From a virus, in IMG/VR virus record IMGVR_UViG_3300044986_000731, positions 26,352 to 90,351 of that record: DNA of 64,000 nucleotides, one strand, 5' to 3'. Within the stretch, counting starts at the first letter, position 1, and each line of letters starts with the position of its first letter. The notes under the pieces are model-generated. The model ran no database searches, was not told the origin of the DNA, and saw only the letters and a program-made list of their open reading frames with translations. Positions 29,344-37,733 of the stretch are shown here, piece after piece. The position numbers were made by a program, and so were the translations under genes.

Positions 29344-31733
29344 TGCCGAGTCTTTCGACACAGGCCCGTATCGCGAGCCTGACGGCGTTTGCCGAGGCCC
29401 GAGCAGGCGACTGCGGGCGGGACAGCGGGCGGTTCGCGAAGGGGAATAACTGCCAGTCATCGGCTGCTTCGCCGCCACGGCCGAAGACTCTTGAGCAGGA
29501 GCGGATCGACGCTGCGAGAGACGAGGGCGAGGAGCCTGAGCAGGCCACGAAGGCTGACGTCACTGAAGACGTGAAGACGTACATCCGACTGTCCGGCTAC
29601 GGCTGGGCTGAGTTCGTGCGCAAGTCTCAGTCGCACAGCCCCGACACGATTCGCAATGCGAGGCACGCGAAGAACAAGGCCGTGCAAATCTACCGCGAAG
29701 AGGGCGCCGCCGGTTTCGGGCGATACCTCGAAGAGATCGGCCTGCGAAGTCTAAGCCCGACCGAGGCTCGCCGCATCAGGCCGATCAGGCAACGCCCGTC
29801 CCTGCCGGGACAGATGCGGCTGCCTCTCTCCGGTGACAACTGCGAGCGAAATCCGGGGGGCACGTTCGCGAAGGGCAATACGTGCCAAGAAGGCGCCGGC
29901 CTGTCGCGAGATGAGCAGGAGAATACTGGGAGGCTTTACGACAGACTGTCCTCGACTGAAGAGCCATTTATTACGCTGGGGCCGAGCGAGGCTGCCAAGA
30001 CTCCGGGGTTTGAAAAAGCCCATCAGGTGAGCGTAAGTAGCCCGAACGACGTATCGCGGATACTTCGCGAGAACAGCGTAAACACAAAGCAACTCGCCGC
30101 GCTTGGTGTCGCCACTGAGCCGGGCGCGAAAGTTACAGTGTCGGGATACGGAAACAGGCTTGTCGTTAGGTCAAATATCCCGGTCCCTATTTCAGCCGAA
30201 GAACTAGTCGCAGCCGGGGCTGTCAGCCCCGGACAATCCGCGCAGGAAAAGGCAGCAGAAGTAATCGCAGATACAGGCGCCCACATCAGCATTGACATGA
30301 CGCTTGGTGGCGTCGACAGCCAAATTCATTACGGACTCTTTCAGGTCAGCCACAGTATTCAAAACGCTATCGCCATGCACGCATCTGTTCAGGAGTCGCC
30401 AGACGGCCCTTGGACTGACGAGCAAAAGGCTCTTGCGGAACTGGGAAATAAAGCCAACCGTTTTTTCGGCGGCGCAATCATAGACCTCATGGGCCAGTCT
30501 CTTTTTGAGGCTGAAAAAGCGGGAATTCATACGGCCGAGACAAGCGCCGTTGGTCGTGGACGAGGGGGCGGTCAAGGAGCAGGTCGGGCCGACTCATTTA
30601 CTTTCAAAGGGTACTCGCTGTGGCCGAGGTTCGGGTTCGACGGCGAGATTCCTTCTTCTACTCAGATTCAGATCGACCCGATTCTGCGGGAAATTTTCGC
30701 GGAGGGGCCTGACTCTCCGAGGCGTCGCGTTCTCACTGAGGATGGCTGGGAAAAATGGCAGAGCGGCTCGATGCGTATTCAAGACCTCGTCGAGACTCCG
30801 CAGGGCGAACGGATGTGGCGAGACTACGGATCGTCAGCCCACATGTCTATCGACTTTCGCGACAAGGAGTCGAAGGGATACAAGAAATTCACAGAGGCAA
30901 AGGAAACGGCTTCTCGCGCGAAGCGGCGGCGAGAAAGACGCGACTTGTCTCAGTGGCTCTGGGACACTGACTTCCGCTTCGATCCCGAGATTTTCTTCGT
31001 CGAACGACGAATGACTCGGTTTCTCGAATCGCGAAACTGCGGCACCGGAGCCGGCGGCTTCCAGAAGGGCAACACCTGCGGAGGCGTCGCTGCCGACGTC
31101 GCCGCATCGGCAGCCGAGGGTGCAGTCACAGGCGCTGCCGTGGCTGCCGGCAAGACGGCGTTCTTCCCGCCGACCGTTGCGACGGGAGCCGCCGTCGGCG
31201 CTGCATACGGCGTGATCGGTGGTCTCTACGACGCAGCGATGTCCCCTACGCGGGCTGGCAAAGCCATCGCGGCTGTCGGCAGCACGGACGAGAAGGTCGC
31301 GACTCTCGTGAAAGGCCTCGGAGGCTCACCGAAGTCTGTGGCGAAGTCGAAAGACGGCAAGAGGCTGACGCTCGATATCAAGGGCAGCAAGGGCGAGTCA
31401 AAGTTCCGGGTCGAGATCGAGAAGGACTCGATCACCATCACGCCGTCGAAAGAAAAACTGAGCGACGACGAGGTCGAGACGATCAAGCAGGTGGCGGCTG
31501 ATCACTCCGGCAGAGAGGTGAGGGTCATCGTCGACAAGGTGCCTGTCTCGACCATGAGCAAACTGGCGAAGGCCGGGTTCCGAATCGGCGTGACGGTGAC
31601 TGGCGCAATGGCCGCAGGCCTGCTGGTCCCCATGATTCCGTCGGTGGCCGGCACCGCAATCGAGAAGGTGGGCGGTCTCGACATCGAGAAGTCCGGAGTG
31701 CTGAAGCCGATCGACAAGGTGTTCGGTCTGTAA
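29343..31733 (+). CDS. 796-aa polyvalent head-associated polyprotein
   Basis: Three Cys tags, GNAT-like KGYSLWPRFGFDG domain, C-terminal glycine-zipper/hydrophobic domain. Confidence 0.75.
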   Translation: MPSLSTQARIASLTAFAEARAGDCGRDSGRFAKGNNCQSSAASPPRPKTLEQERIDAARDEGEEPEQATKADVTEDVKTYIRLSGYGWAEFVRKSQSHSPDTIRNARHAKNKAVQIYREEGAAGFGRYLEEIGLRSLSPTEARRIRPIRQRPSLPGQMRLPLSGDNCERNPGGTFAKGNTCQEGAGLSRDEQENTGRLYDRLSSTEEPFITLGPSEAAKTPGFEKAHQVSVSSPNDVSRILRENSVNTKQLAALGVATEPGAKVTVSGYGNRLVVRSNIPVPISAEELVAAGAVSPGQSAQEKAAEVIADTGAHISIDMTLGGVDSQIHYGLFQVSHSIQNAIAMHASVQESPDGPWTDEQKALAELGNKANRFFGGAIIDLMGQSLFEAEKAGIHTAETSAVGRGRGGGQGAGRADSFTFKGYSLWPRFGFDGEIPSSTQIQIDPILREIFAEGPDSPRRRVLTEDGWEKWQSGSMRIQDLVETPQGERMWRDYGSSAHMSIDFRDKESKGYKKFTEAKETASRAKRRRERRDLSQWLWDTDFRFDPEIFFVERRMTRFLESRNCGTGAGGFQKGNTCGGVAADVAASAAEGAVTGAAVAAGKTAFFPPTVATGAAVGAAYGVIGGLYDAAMSPTRAGKAIAAVGSTDEKVATLVKGLGGSPKSVAKSKDGKRLTLDIKGSKGESKFRVEIEKDSITITPSKEKLSDDEVETIKQVAADHSGREVRVIVDKVPVSTMSKLAKAGFRIGVTVTGAMAAGLLVPMIPSVAGTAIEKVGGLDIEKSGVLKPIDKVFGL

Positions 31734-31748
31734 TCACGGAGGCACATC

Positions 31749-31922
31749 GTGCAATCAGGCGACAGGTGTCGCATCTGCGGCAAGGGCCGCATGACCACTC
31801 GCACCAGCAAGCCCGCTGGCGACAACCAAGTGCGATACCTGCGATGCGGGTGCTGCGGCGCTCAGGCGCGGTCAGTTGTCCCCGTCGACCGAGCGTGGCG
31901 TCGCGCGGAAAAAGTTGTGTGA
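31749..31922 (+). CDS. Ogr/Delta-like zinc-ribbon protein (57 aa)
   Basis: GGAGG RBS, GTG; CRICGKGRMTTRTSKPAGDNQVRYLRCGCCG; not in the ORF track. Confidence 0.65.
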   Translation: MQSGDRCRICGKGRMTTRTSKPAGDNQVRYLRCGCCGAQARSVVPVDRAWRRAEKVV

Positions 31923-31937
31923 AACAACTTTTTTTTG
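31909..31937. terminator. AT-rich hairpin, possible bidirectional intrinsic terminator
   Basis: AAAAAGTTGT-GTGAA-ACAACTTTTT(TT). Confidence 0.55.
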
Positions 31938-32031
31938 CTTTCGCCTTCTTGGGGGCGTGTGTGCGAGAGATGTAGTGTGAGGAAAGCCCGCCACAGGGGC
32001 GCTCACACACACCCGCAGGGACATACCAGTC

Positions 32032-33543
32032 ATGGACTCGTCTGCCAAGGTCAAGTCGCTCCTCGATGAACTCGCCGCCGTTCTCGCTGAGATGGGCGCG
32101 ATGCAGGACGAGGAGGCCCCCGCCGAGCGCATGTACGGCGAGGACGAGCCGAAGGAAGACGAGAAGCGGGAGATGCCCGAGGGCGAGGGCGAGGACGAGG
32201 ACGAGGACGAGGTCGAGGAGAACGGCTACGCCCCGAAGGACGTCGAGGACACCGAGGCCACTCCTGCCGAGGGCGACGACGAGAAGGAGCGGAAACTCCG
32301 CTGCCTCTGCTCCCGCGCGGAGAAACTCCGCAAGAGGATCACCTTCTACGAAGGCATCCAGAAGAAAGAACTCGAACTGCGATCGGTGCTCGATAAGGCG
32401 ACCCCGGCCGAGGTCGCTGGTTACCCCACTCGGGAGAAGCGGAACGTGCACATCTACCACAACCTGCCGGGCGCCGGCCGTCTGAAGAACTTCAAGGGCG
32501 CGAACGCCGAGGAGCGGGCTTACCGCGCCGGCCAGTACTTCCGCGCCACGCTGCTCGGCGACAAGAACGCCGCTCGGTGGTGTTCTGACCACGGCGTCGA
32601 GTCTCGTGCACAGTCCGAAGGCGTGAACTCGAAGGGCGGTGTGTTTTTGCAGGAGGAGGTTCTCAACGAGGTGATCGTCCTCACCGAGGAGTATGGGGCC
32701 TTCCCTGCGAACGCTCGAAACATCCAGATGAAGTCGGACACCCTCGTGGTGCCTCGACGGACTGGCGGTCTCAGCGCGTATTTCGTCGGGGAGAATTCGA
32801 GTATCCCCGATTCCGACGCTAGTTGGGATCGCGTGCAGATCGTAGCCAAGAAGGCTGCGGTCTCGAACCGCCTCAGCACCGAGGTGATGGACGACTCTGC
32901 GATTTCTCTCGGTGACTATTTGGTAGGCGAAATTTCGAGAAGCCTCAGCGAACTCGTGGACACCGTCGGGTTCGTGGGGACAGGGAGCGGTGACCACGGT
33001 GGAATCGTCGGAGCATGCACCAAGATCGTCGACGGCACGCATGACGCCAGCGTCGTGACCGCCGCCGCCGGCAACACCGGTGCCCTGACCCTCGACATCG
33101 ACGACCTGATCGCTTGTGCAGGTCGACTCCCGCTCTTTGCGAGGGCGAATGCCAAGTGGTATTGCAGTCCCGCAGTTTTCGCGGCCTCCGTGCAGCGGCT
33201 CGGCCTCGTGAACAACGTCGGACTCTCGGGTGGCAACACGGCTGCGAACCTCGCTTCGCCCGCCGAACTTCGCCTGCTCGGTGCCCCGGTGGTGTTCGTC
33301 CACACGATGAGCAACGTGATCGGCGCCGACCCCGGCGTGGTCAAGTTTCTCTACGGTGACCTCTCCATGTCGTCGATGTACGCGACTCGTCGCGGCCTGA
33401 CCGTGAAGAAGTCGGACGAGCGGTACATCGAGCAGGATCAGTCGTTGATCGTCTGTTCAATGAGGTTTGACTGCGTTACGCATGACTGCGGCGACCAAGT
33501 CAAGGCCGGACCGATCGTGGCTCTCAAGACTGCGGCTTCGTGA
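32032..33543 (+). CDS. HK97-fold major capsid protein with long acidic N-terminal delta/scaffold domain
   Basis: ESR|AQSEG..SKGG.FLQEE; AYFVGE; LLGAPV; YGDLS; RFD near the C-terminus. Confidence 0.92.
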   Translation: MDSSAKVKSLLDELAAVLAEMGAMQDEEAPAERMYGEDEPKEDEKREMPEGEGEDEDEDEVEENGYAPKDVEDTEATPAEGDDEKERKLRCLCSRAEKLRKRITFYEGIQKKELELRSVLDKATPAEVAGYPTREKRNVHIYHNLPGAGRLKNFKGANAEERAYRAGQYFRATLLGDKNAARWCSDHGVESRAQSEGVNSKGGVFLQEEVLNEVIVLTEEYGAFPANARNIQMKSDTLVVPRRTGGLSAYFVGENSSIPDSDASWDRVQIVAKKAAVSNRLSTEVMDDSAISLGDYLVGEISRSLSELVDTVGFVGTGSGDHGGIVGACTKIVDGTHDASVVTAAAGNTGALTLDIDDLIACAGRLPLFARANAKWYCSPAVFAASVQRLGLVNNVGLSGGNTAANLASPAELRLLGAPVVFVHTMSNVIGADPGVVKFLYGDLSMSSMYATRRGLTVKKSDERYIEQDQSLIVCSMRFDCVTHDCGDQVKAGPIVALKTAAS

Positions 33544-33568
33544 TAACTCTCTCTCGGAGACTCTGAAC

Positions 33569-33994
33569 GTGAATCATCTGGAAGGCACCAAGACCGTCGC
33601 GAAGATCGCAACCGTGGCCGCTGACGGCGGCGCGTTCTCCCACGAGATCGACACGCTGTACAGCGACTACGTCTCGATCGACGTCGTTTACTCGACGTTG
33701 ACCGCGACTGCTGCGGCGTACTCGACGAGCCTGAAACTCCAGCAGAGCGACACGGCAGGGAGCGGCCAGACCGACATCGGCGGCGTGTTCACCGTGACGC
33801 CTGTTGCTGGCGTGACGACCGGCAACCACATCTGCCGGTTCAACGTCGACATGCGTGGCAAGAAGCGATACCTGACGGTCGTCGCCAACCCGGCGAAGCC
33901 CGCCACGGTCGCCAGCGTCGCGCGTCTCGACAAGATCGAGGACATGCCGACGACTGCGGCCAAGGCCGGCGTGAGCAATTACGTCAGCGGCTGA
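33569..33994 (+). CDS. capsid decoration/cement-like protein
   Basis: Directly after MCP; EIDT, KLQQSD, KRYLTV beta-sandwich pattern. Confidence 0.6.
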   Translation: MNHLEGTKTVAKIATVAADGGAFSHEIDTLYSDYVSIDVVYSTLTATAAAYSTSLKLQQSDTAGSGQTDIGGVFTVTPVAGVTTGNHICRFNVDMRGKKRYLTVVANPAKPATVASVARLDKIEDMPTTAAKAGVSNYVSG

Positions 33995-34019
33995 TCGCAG
34001 CACGCGAGACTCTAGGTCG

Positions 34020-34068
34020 AGCCAAGGACGGCTGGGCCACGGAGGGTCACAGCGGGCAGGGAAGCCCG
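34020..34068 (+). promoter_or_regulatory. three tandem hairpins with ANGGAN hexaloops (CsrA/RsmA-binding element)
   Basis: AGCC[AAGGAC]GGCT, GGCC[ACGGAG]GGTC, CGGGC[AGGGAA]GCCCG. Confidence 0.65.
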
Positions 34069-34096
34069 AGCCGCCACCACGAGGCTCTGGGTACCT

Positions 34097-34888
34097 ATGC
34101 GCATCGTAGTCGGAAACGTCGAGCACGATATCAAGATCGCGGCCGTACTCTCGGCGCCGCGACTTGGTTTCATGGACAACTACTACTGCTCCGTGCAGGC
34201 GTTCACTCAGTTCCAGATTCCTATCACCAAAGGGACTGGCGCGTTCTGGGACCAGACCATGTCGCGGCTCCTCGACGAAGCGTCGAAGCCCGAGCACGGC
34301 AATACGTTCGTGATCACGATGGATTACGACAGCGTGTTCGAGCCGGAGTGCGTCTCTCGCCTCGTTTCGACGGCCCTGATCTCTGGATACGATGCCGTGG
34401 CGCCGCTCCAGACGAAGCGAGACGACCAGAAACTCATGTTCACGCCTGCCGGCATGGCGGGGCACACAGGCGAAGTCACGCTGCCGCTCGACTGGTGGGA
34501 GAAGCCCGCGCAGCCAGCCGACACAGCGCACTTCGGTTTGACGGTGCTGCGTTGCGAGGCGATTCGCCGAATGCCGAAGCCGTGGTTCCTCGGCACGCCA
34601 AACTCTCGCGGAGACTGGGGTGACGTCGGGGAGGGCGAGACTGCCCGCACCGACCCGGACATCCACTACTGGAGGCAGTGGCGGGCGTGCGGCAATACGC
34701 TCGCGATCAGCCCACAAGTCTCGATCGGCCACGCCGAACTCGTGATCACATGGCCGGATCAGCGTCTGAAGGCCATCCACCAGTACCCGACGCATTTTTG
34801 GCACGCTGGAGGCCGTCGACCGGCCGAGGCGTGGGGTTCCCCAGAGCACGCAGTTGCGTCGTCGAACAGACAGCAGGGAGGTAACTGA
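34097..34888 (+). CDS. GT-A fold glycosyltransferase-like protein inside the head operon
   Basis: VITMDYDSVF (DxD), AHFGLTVLR, DPDIHYW, V.IGHAE. Confidence 0.65.
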   Translation: MRIVVGNVEHDIKIAAVLSAPRLGFMDNYYCSVQAFTQFQIPITKGTGAFWDQTMSRLLDEASKPEHGNTFVITMDYDSVFEPECVSRLVSTALISGYDAVAPLQTKRDDQKLMFTPAGMAGHTGEVTLPLDWWEKPAQPADTAHFGLTVLRCEAIRRMPKPWFLGTPNSRGDWGDVGEGETARTDPDIHYWRQWRACGNTLAISPQVSIGHAELVITWPDQRLKAIHQYPTHFWHAGGRRPAEAWGSPEHAVASSNRQQGGN

Positions 34889-35130
34889 TGGAAGTGCGAA
34901 TGCTCCGAGACTGGTCGTATCACAAGCAGGGCGAGATCGTTGAGGTGTGGGAGCCGACGGCTCGAAACTGGATGCTCAATGGCATCGCGGAAGAGGTCGT
35001 CGTTCGCCCGCCAGCCCCAGAGCCGACCCCCGAGGTGCGTGACGTCGCCCCCGAGCCTGTCGTCGAGTCGGCAGAGGCACCTGAGCCGGACGACGTCGAG
35101 CGGGCTGATCGTCGCCCGAAGCGGCGATGA
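34888..35130 (+). CDS. small head-associated hypothetical protein
   Basis: GGAGG RBS; VRMLRDW..HKQGEIVEV...A..W...GIAE. Confidence 0.6.
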   Translation: MEVRMLRDWSYHKQGEIVEVWEPTARNWMLNGIAEEVVVRPPAPEPTPEVRDVAPEPVVESAEAPEPDDVERADRRPKRR

Positions 35131-35753
35131 ACTCGTACTTCGTCTCCGGGGCCGGTCCGTTTCGGTACCGGTCGCTGACCGTAGCCACGCCACCGGTGAT
35201 CTACCCGGTGTCTCTGGCTGCGGCAAAGGCCCACCTGCGAGTCGACGAGGACTTCCTCGACGACGACGCCTATATCCAGACCCTGATCGCAGCCGCGACT
35301 GACCACGTTGAGGGCGTGTCTGATCGCACGCTGATCAGGCGTCAGTACCGCATGCGGTTCGATCTCTTCCCGGCATGGGACATCCCGCTGCCAAGGCCAC
35401 CGATCGCGACCGGCCCGATCGAGGTCTCGTACATCCCGTCGGACGGCGTTTACTCGCCTGTCTCGCACACGAACTTTCGCGAGGACCGAGACGCGACGCC
35501 GGCGGTCATCAGACCTCAGTGGAACGGCACATGGCCGACCGCTCGCGGTGCCGAGAACGACGTGACGGTGACCTATTGGGCGGGCTACGGCGAGGACACG
35601 ACTTCGTGCCCGACGCCGGCTAGGCACTGCATCTTGATGATCGCGTCGCACTGGTACTCGACGAGAGAGTCGGTGATCCAAGGCGGCATGAACCCGGTTC
35701 CGATGTCAGTCGAGGTGCTCCTCGGCTCGATCAACTGGGGGCAGTACCGCTGA
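35127..35753 (+). CDS. head-tail connector (gp6-like, phiE125 gp8 family)
   Basis: PVSLAAAKAHLRVD, DDAYI..LI.AA, VTYWAGYG, HWYSTRE. Confidence 0.88.
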   Translation: MNSYFVSGAGPFRYRSLTVATPPVIYPVSLAAAKAHLRVDEDFLDDDAYIQTLIAAATDHVEGVSDRTLIRRQYRMRFDLFPAWDIPLPRPPIATGPIEVSYIPSDGVYSPVSHTNFREDRDATPAVIRPQWNGTWPTARGAENDVTVTYWAGYGEDTTSCPTPARHCILMIASHWYSTRESVIQGGMNPVPMSVEVLLGSINWGQYR

Positions 35754-36094
35754 TGGAAAGGCCACTGCGAGCCGGAGACTTGCGAGAGTCGGTGGTAGTC
35801 GAGCAGCCGACGGAGACGACGAACGACTACGGCGAGACCACGGCATCATGGTCAACGAAGGCCCGGCGGCGGGCGGCGATTCGCGGGCTTCGCGTTGACG
35901 AACTGATGATGGCTCAGGGCATGTATACGGTTGCGACGCACGAGGTCGAGTTCCGTTACGTCGACGGCCTGACGAATGACATGCGGCTGATTTGGACGAG
36001 CCGCACACCGTCGCGAACGCTCGACATTGTCTCGATCACGGAAGTGAACAATCGCGAGTACCACAGGCTCGTTGTCAAGGAGCAGGTGGGATGA
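35753..36094 (+). CDS. head closure / head-tail adaptor (SPP1 gp16-like)
   Basis: AGDLRE.V...QP.....DYG....W; RY..G....MR. Confidence 0.85.
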   Translation: MERPLRAGDLRESVVVEQPTETTNDYGETTASWSTKARRRAAIRGLRVDELMMAQGMYTVATHEVEFRYVDGLTNDMRLIWTSRTPSRTLDIVSITEVNNREYHRLVVKEQVG

Positions 36095-36507
36095 CGCAGT
36101 CGTTTGTACTGGAAGGCAGCGAGGCCCTTTTTGAGGCACTGCGTGAGATTCCAGAGAAACTTCCTGTCAGCAGCGAGACCGAGCGGACCGCCGCGATTCT
36201 TGCGGACAGGGTCAAGGAAAGCACTCCGCCCGGCTACAACAAGAAACTCGACCAGTCCGTCCTGTATGTCGCCGAATCTCCAGACGAGTACCTGATCGGC
36301 TACGAACGCGGAGTAGAGACGGCAGGAGGCCCGGACCTCGACAGCGTCACTCGCCCCCGCACCAGAGGCAGGAGCGTTCTGAGTCGCCCACGGCGTGAAT
36401 GGGTCGACACCGACAGGCTCGCGTCCGTGCTGGAGCAGACGTTCGAGGATTACGCCAAGGAAACCGTGAGGAGCCTCGCCGATGGCGTCGCCCGAGGTCT
36501 GGCTTAG
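36091..36507 (+). CDS. neck protein (HK97 gp10-like position)
   Basis: Synteny; LEGSEALFEAL N-terminus. Confidence 0.55.
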   Translation: MTQSFVLEGSEALFEALREIPEKLPVSSETERTAAILADRVKESTPPGYNKKLDQSVLYVAESPDEYLIGYERGVETAGGPDLDSVTRPRTRGRSVLSRPRREWVDTDRLASVLEQTFEDYAKETVRSLADGVARGLA

Positions 36508-36889
36508 AAGCCGCATCGACGCTGCCACGACGGCCGGCGTCCATCCGCTCCTCGCCCCGCAAAACACGGCATTCCCAGTGGTCGTCTACCGACGCACGGG
36601 AACCCGCCGTGAGCGGGACATGATTGGAAACGTCGGTCGCCCGGTGGCGACGTTTTCCGTGTCGATGGTTGCCGAAACGTACACAGAGGTAAAGGACATA
36701 GCCGACTCTGTTCGTCTTTCGGTCGACAACTTTACGGGCACCCACCCGGGCGTGACAATTGTAAATACATCGCTTGTTTCCGAATCGGACAACATGGAGC
36801 GTCCGAACGAGGGGCAGGCGAAGCCACTGTACAGGGTCGATCAGGTCTACGAGGTGCGGTTTCACGAGAGCGTCCAAGGAGGGGCGTGA
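36482..36889 (+). CDS. tail terminator (DUF3168-like)
   Basis: P.LAPQ...FP.VVY; AETY.E...IA..VR. Confidence 0.75.
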   Translation: MASPEVWLRSRIDAATTAGVHPLLAPQNTAFPVVVYRRTGTRRERDMIGNVGRPVATFSVSMVAETYTEVKDIADSVRLSVDNFTGTHPGVTIVNTSLVSESDNMERPNEGQAKPLYRVDQVYEVRFHESVQGGA

Positions 36890-36892
36890 CAC

Positions 36893-37264
36893 ATGGCTTA
36901 CGAGTCTTCACAGGGAATCTCGTTCGTTTTTTCGGGGGACGAGTTCGCGCTCACCTCAATCAGCGTCAGCAAGGGCGCTGCCGAAGTCGACACGAGCGAC
37001 CTGAAGTTGGCGTACGGCTCCGAGCGCAAGTATCGCATCTCGCCGCTTCGCGACGGCGCGGAACTTCAGGTCGAGTTCTTCGGCATGAAACTCCCGCAGC
37101 AGACGGCGACCGGTGCGATTACGTGGTCGGTCGACGGCAGCGGAAGCAATGCGGCCTTCACGACCGGACTCCCGACGGTGGCTCTGTGCACGTCGGCGTC
37201 CGTGCAGGCTGCGGCCGGCGAACTCATCAGGGGTTCGGCGACCTTCCGTCTGACGGCCGGCTAG
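36893..37264 (+). CDS. tail tube-like protein 1
   Basis: MAYESSQG; GELIRGSATFRLT; synteny. Confidence 0.55.
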   Translation: MAYESSQGISFVFSGDEFALTSISVSKGAAEVDTSDLKLAYGSERKYRISPLRDGAELQVEFFGMKLPQQTATGAITWSVDGSGSNAAFTTGLPTVALCTSASVQAAAGELIRGSATFRLTAG

Positions 37265-37267
37265 TCC

Positions 37268-37720
37268 ATGTCGAGGATCACGTCTCAGGGCACGATAGTG
37301 GTCTGGGCGGGGGTCACGCTGGAAGCGACATCGGTCACGTACTCTGCGAGTGCAGGAGACGAGATCGAGATTACGTCGCTTGCGTCCAGTGTGATCACTG
37401 ATCCGAACAACTCGTATCGGAAGTACGTGCGTCGTGAGTACGATACGTGCTTCGCCGGCGAGGCTGCGGAAGTAACAGTAGAGTTCTTCGCGAAATCGGG
37501 CGCTAATTTGACTGCTCTTGTCGGACACAAGAGGCCTCTGTCTGTTACAATGCCCGGAGGAGAGTTCGGAGAGACAGTTACGACCATTTCAAACGGCGGA
37601 CTGGCCGACGTCAATCGAGCACATTCGTTCGGAATGGACGCGATCCTTTCGAGCCTGCAACTCACAGCGACCACCGGGGAATACGTCAGGGGGACGGCAA
37701 CATTCAGGATGACGGGGTAG
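37268..37720 (+). CDS. tail tube-like protein 2 (paralog)
   Basis: SQGT..., VEFF, GEYVRGTATFRMTG. Confidence 0.55.
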   Translation: MSRITSQGTIVVWAGVTLEATSVTYSASAGDEIEITSLASSVITDPNNSYRKYVRREYDTCFAGEAAEVTVEFFAKSGANLTALVGHKRPLSVTMPGGEFGETVTTISNGGLADVNRAHSFGMDAILSSLQLTATTGEYVRGTATFRMTG

Positions 37721-37733
37721 CAAGGCTGATAAC

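Noticed and set aside
31525-33303. 592-aa minus-strand ORF
   Set aside because: Antisense shadow of the capsid gene, typical of GC3-rich code.
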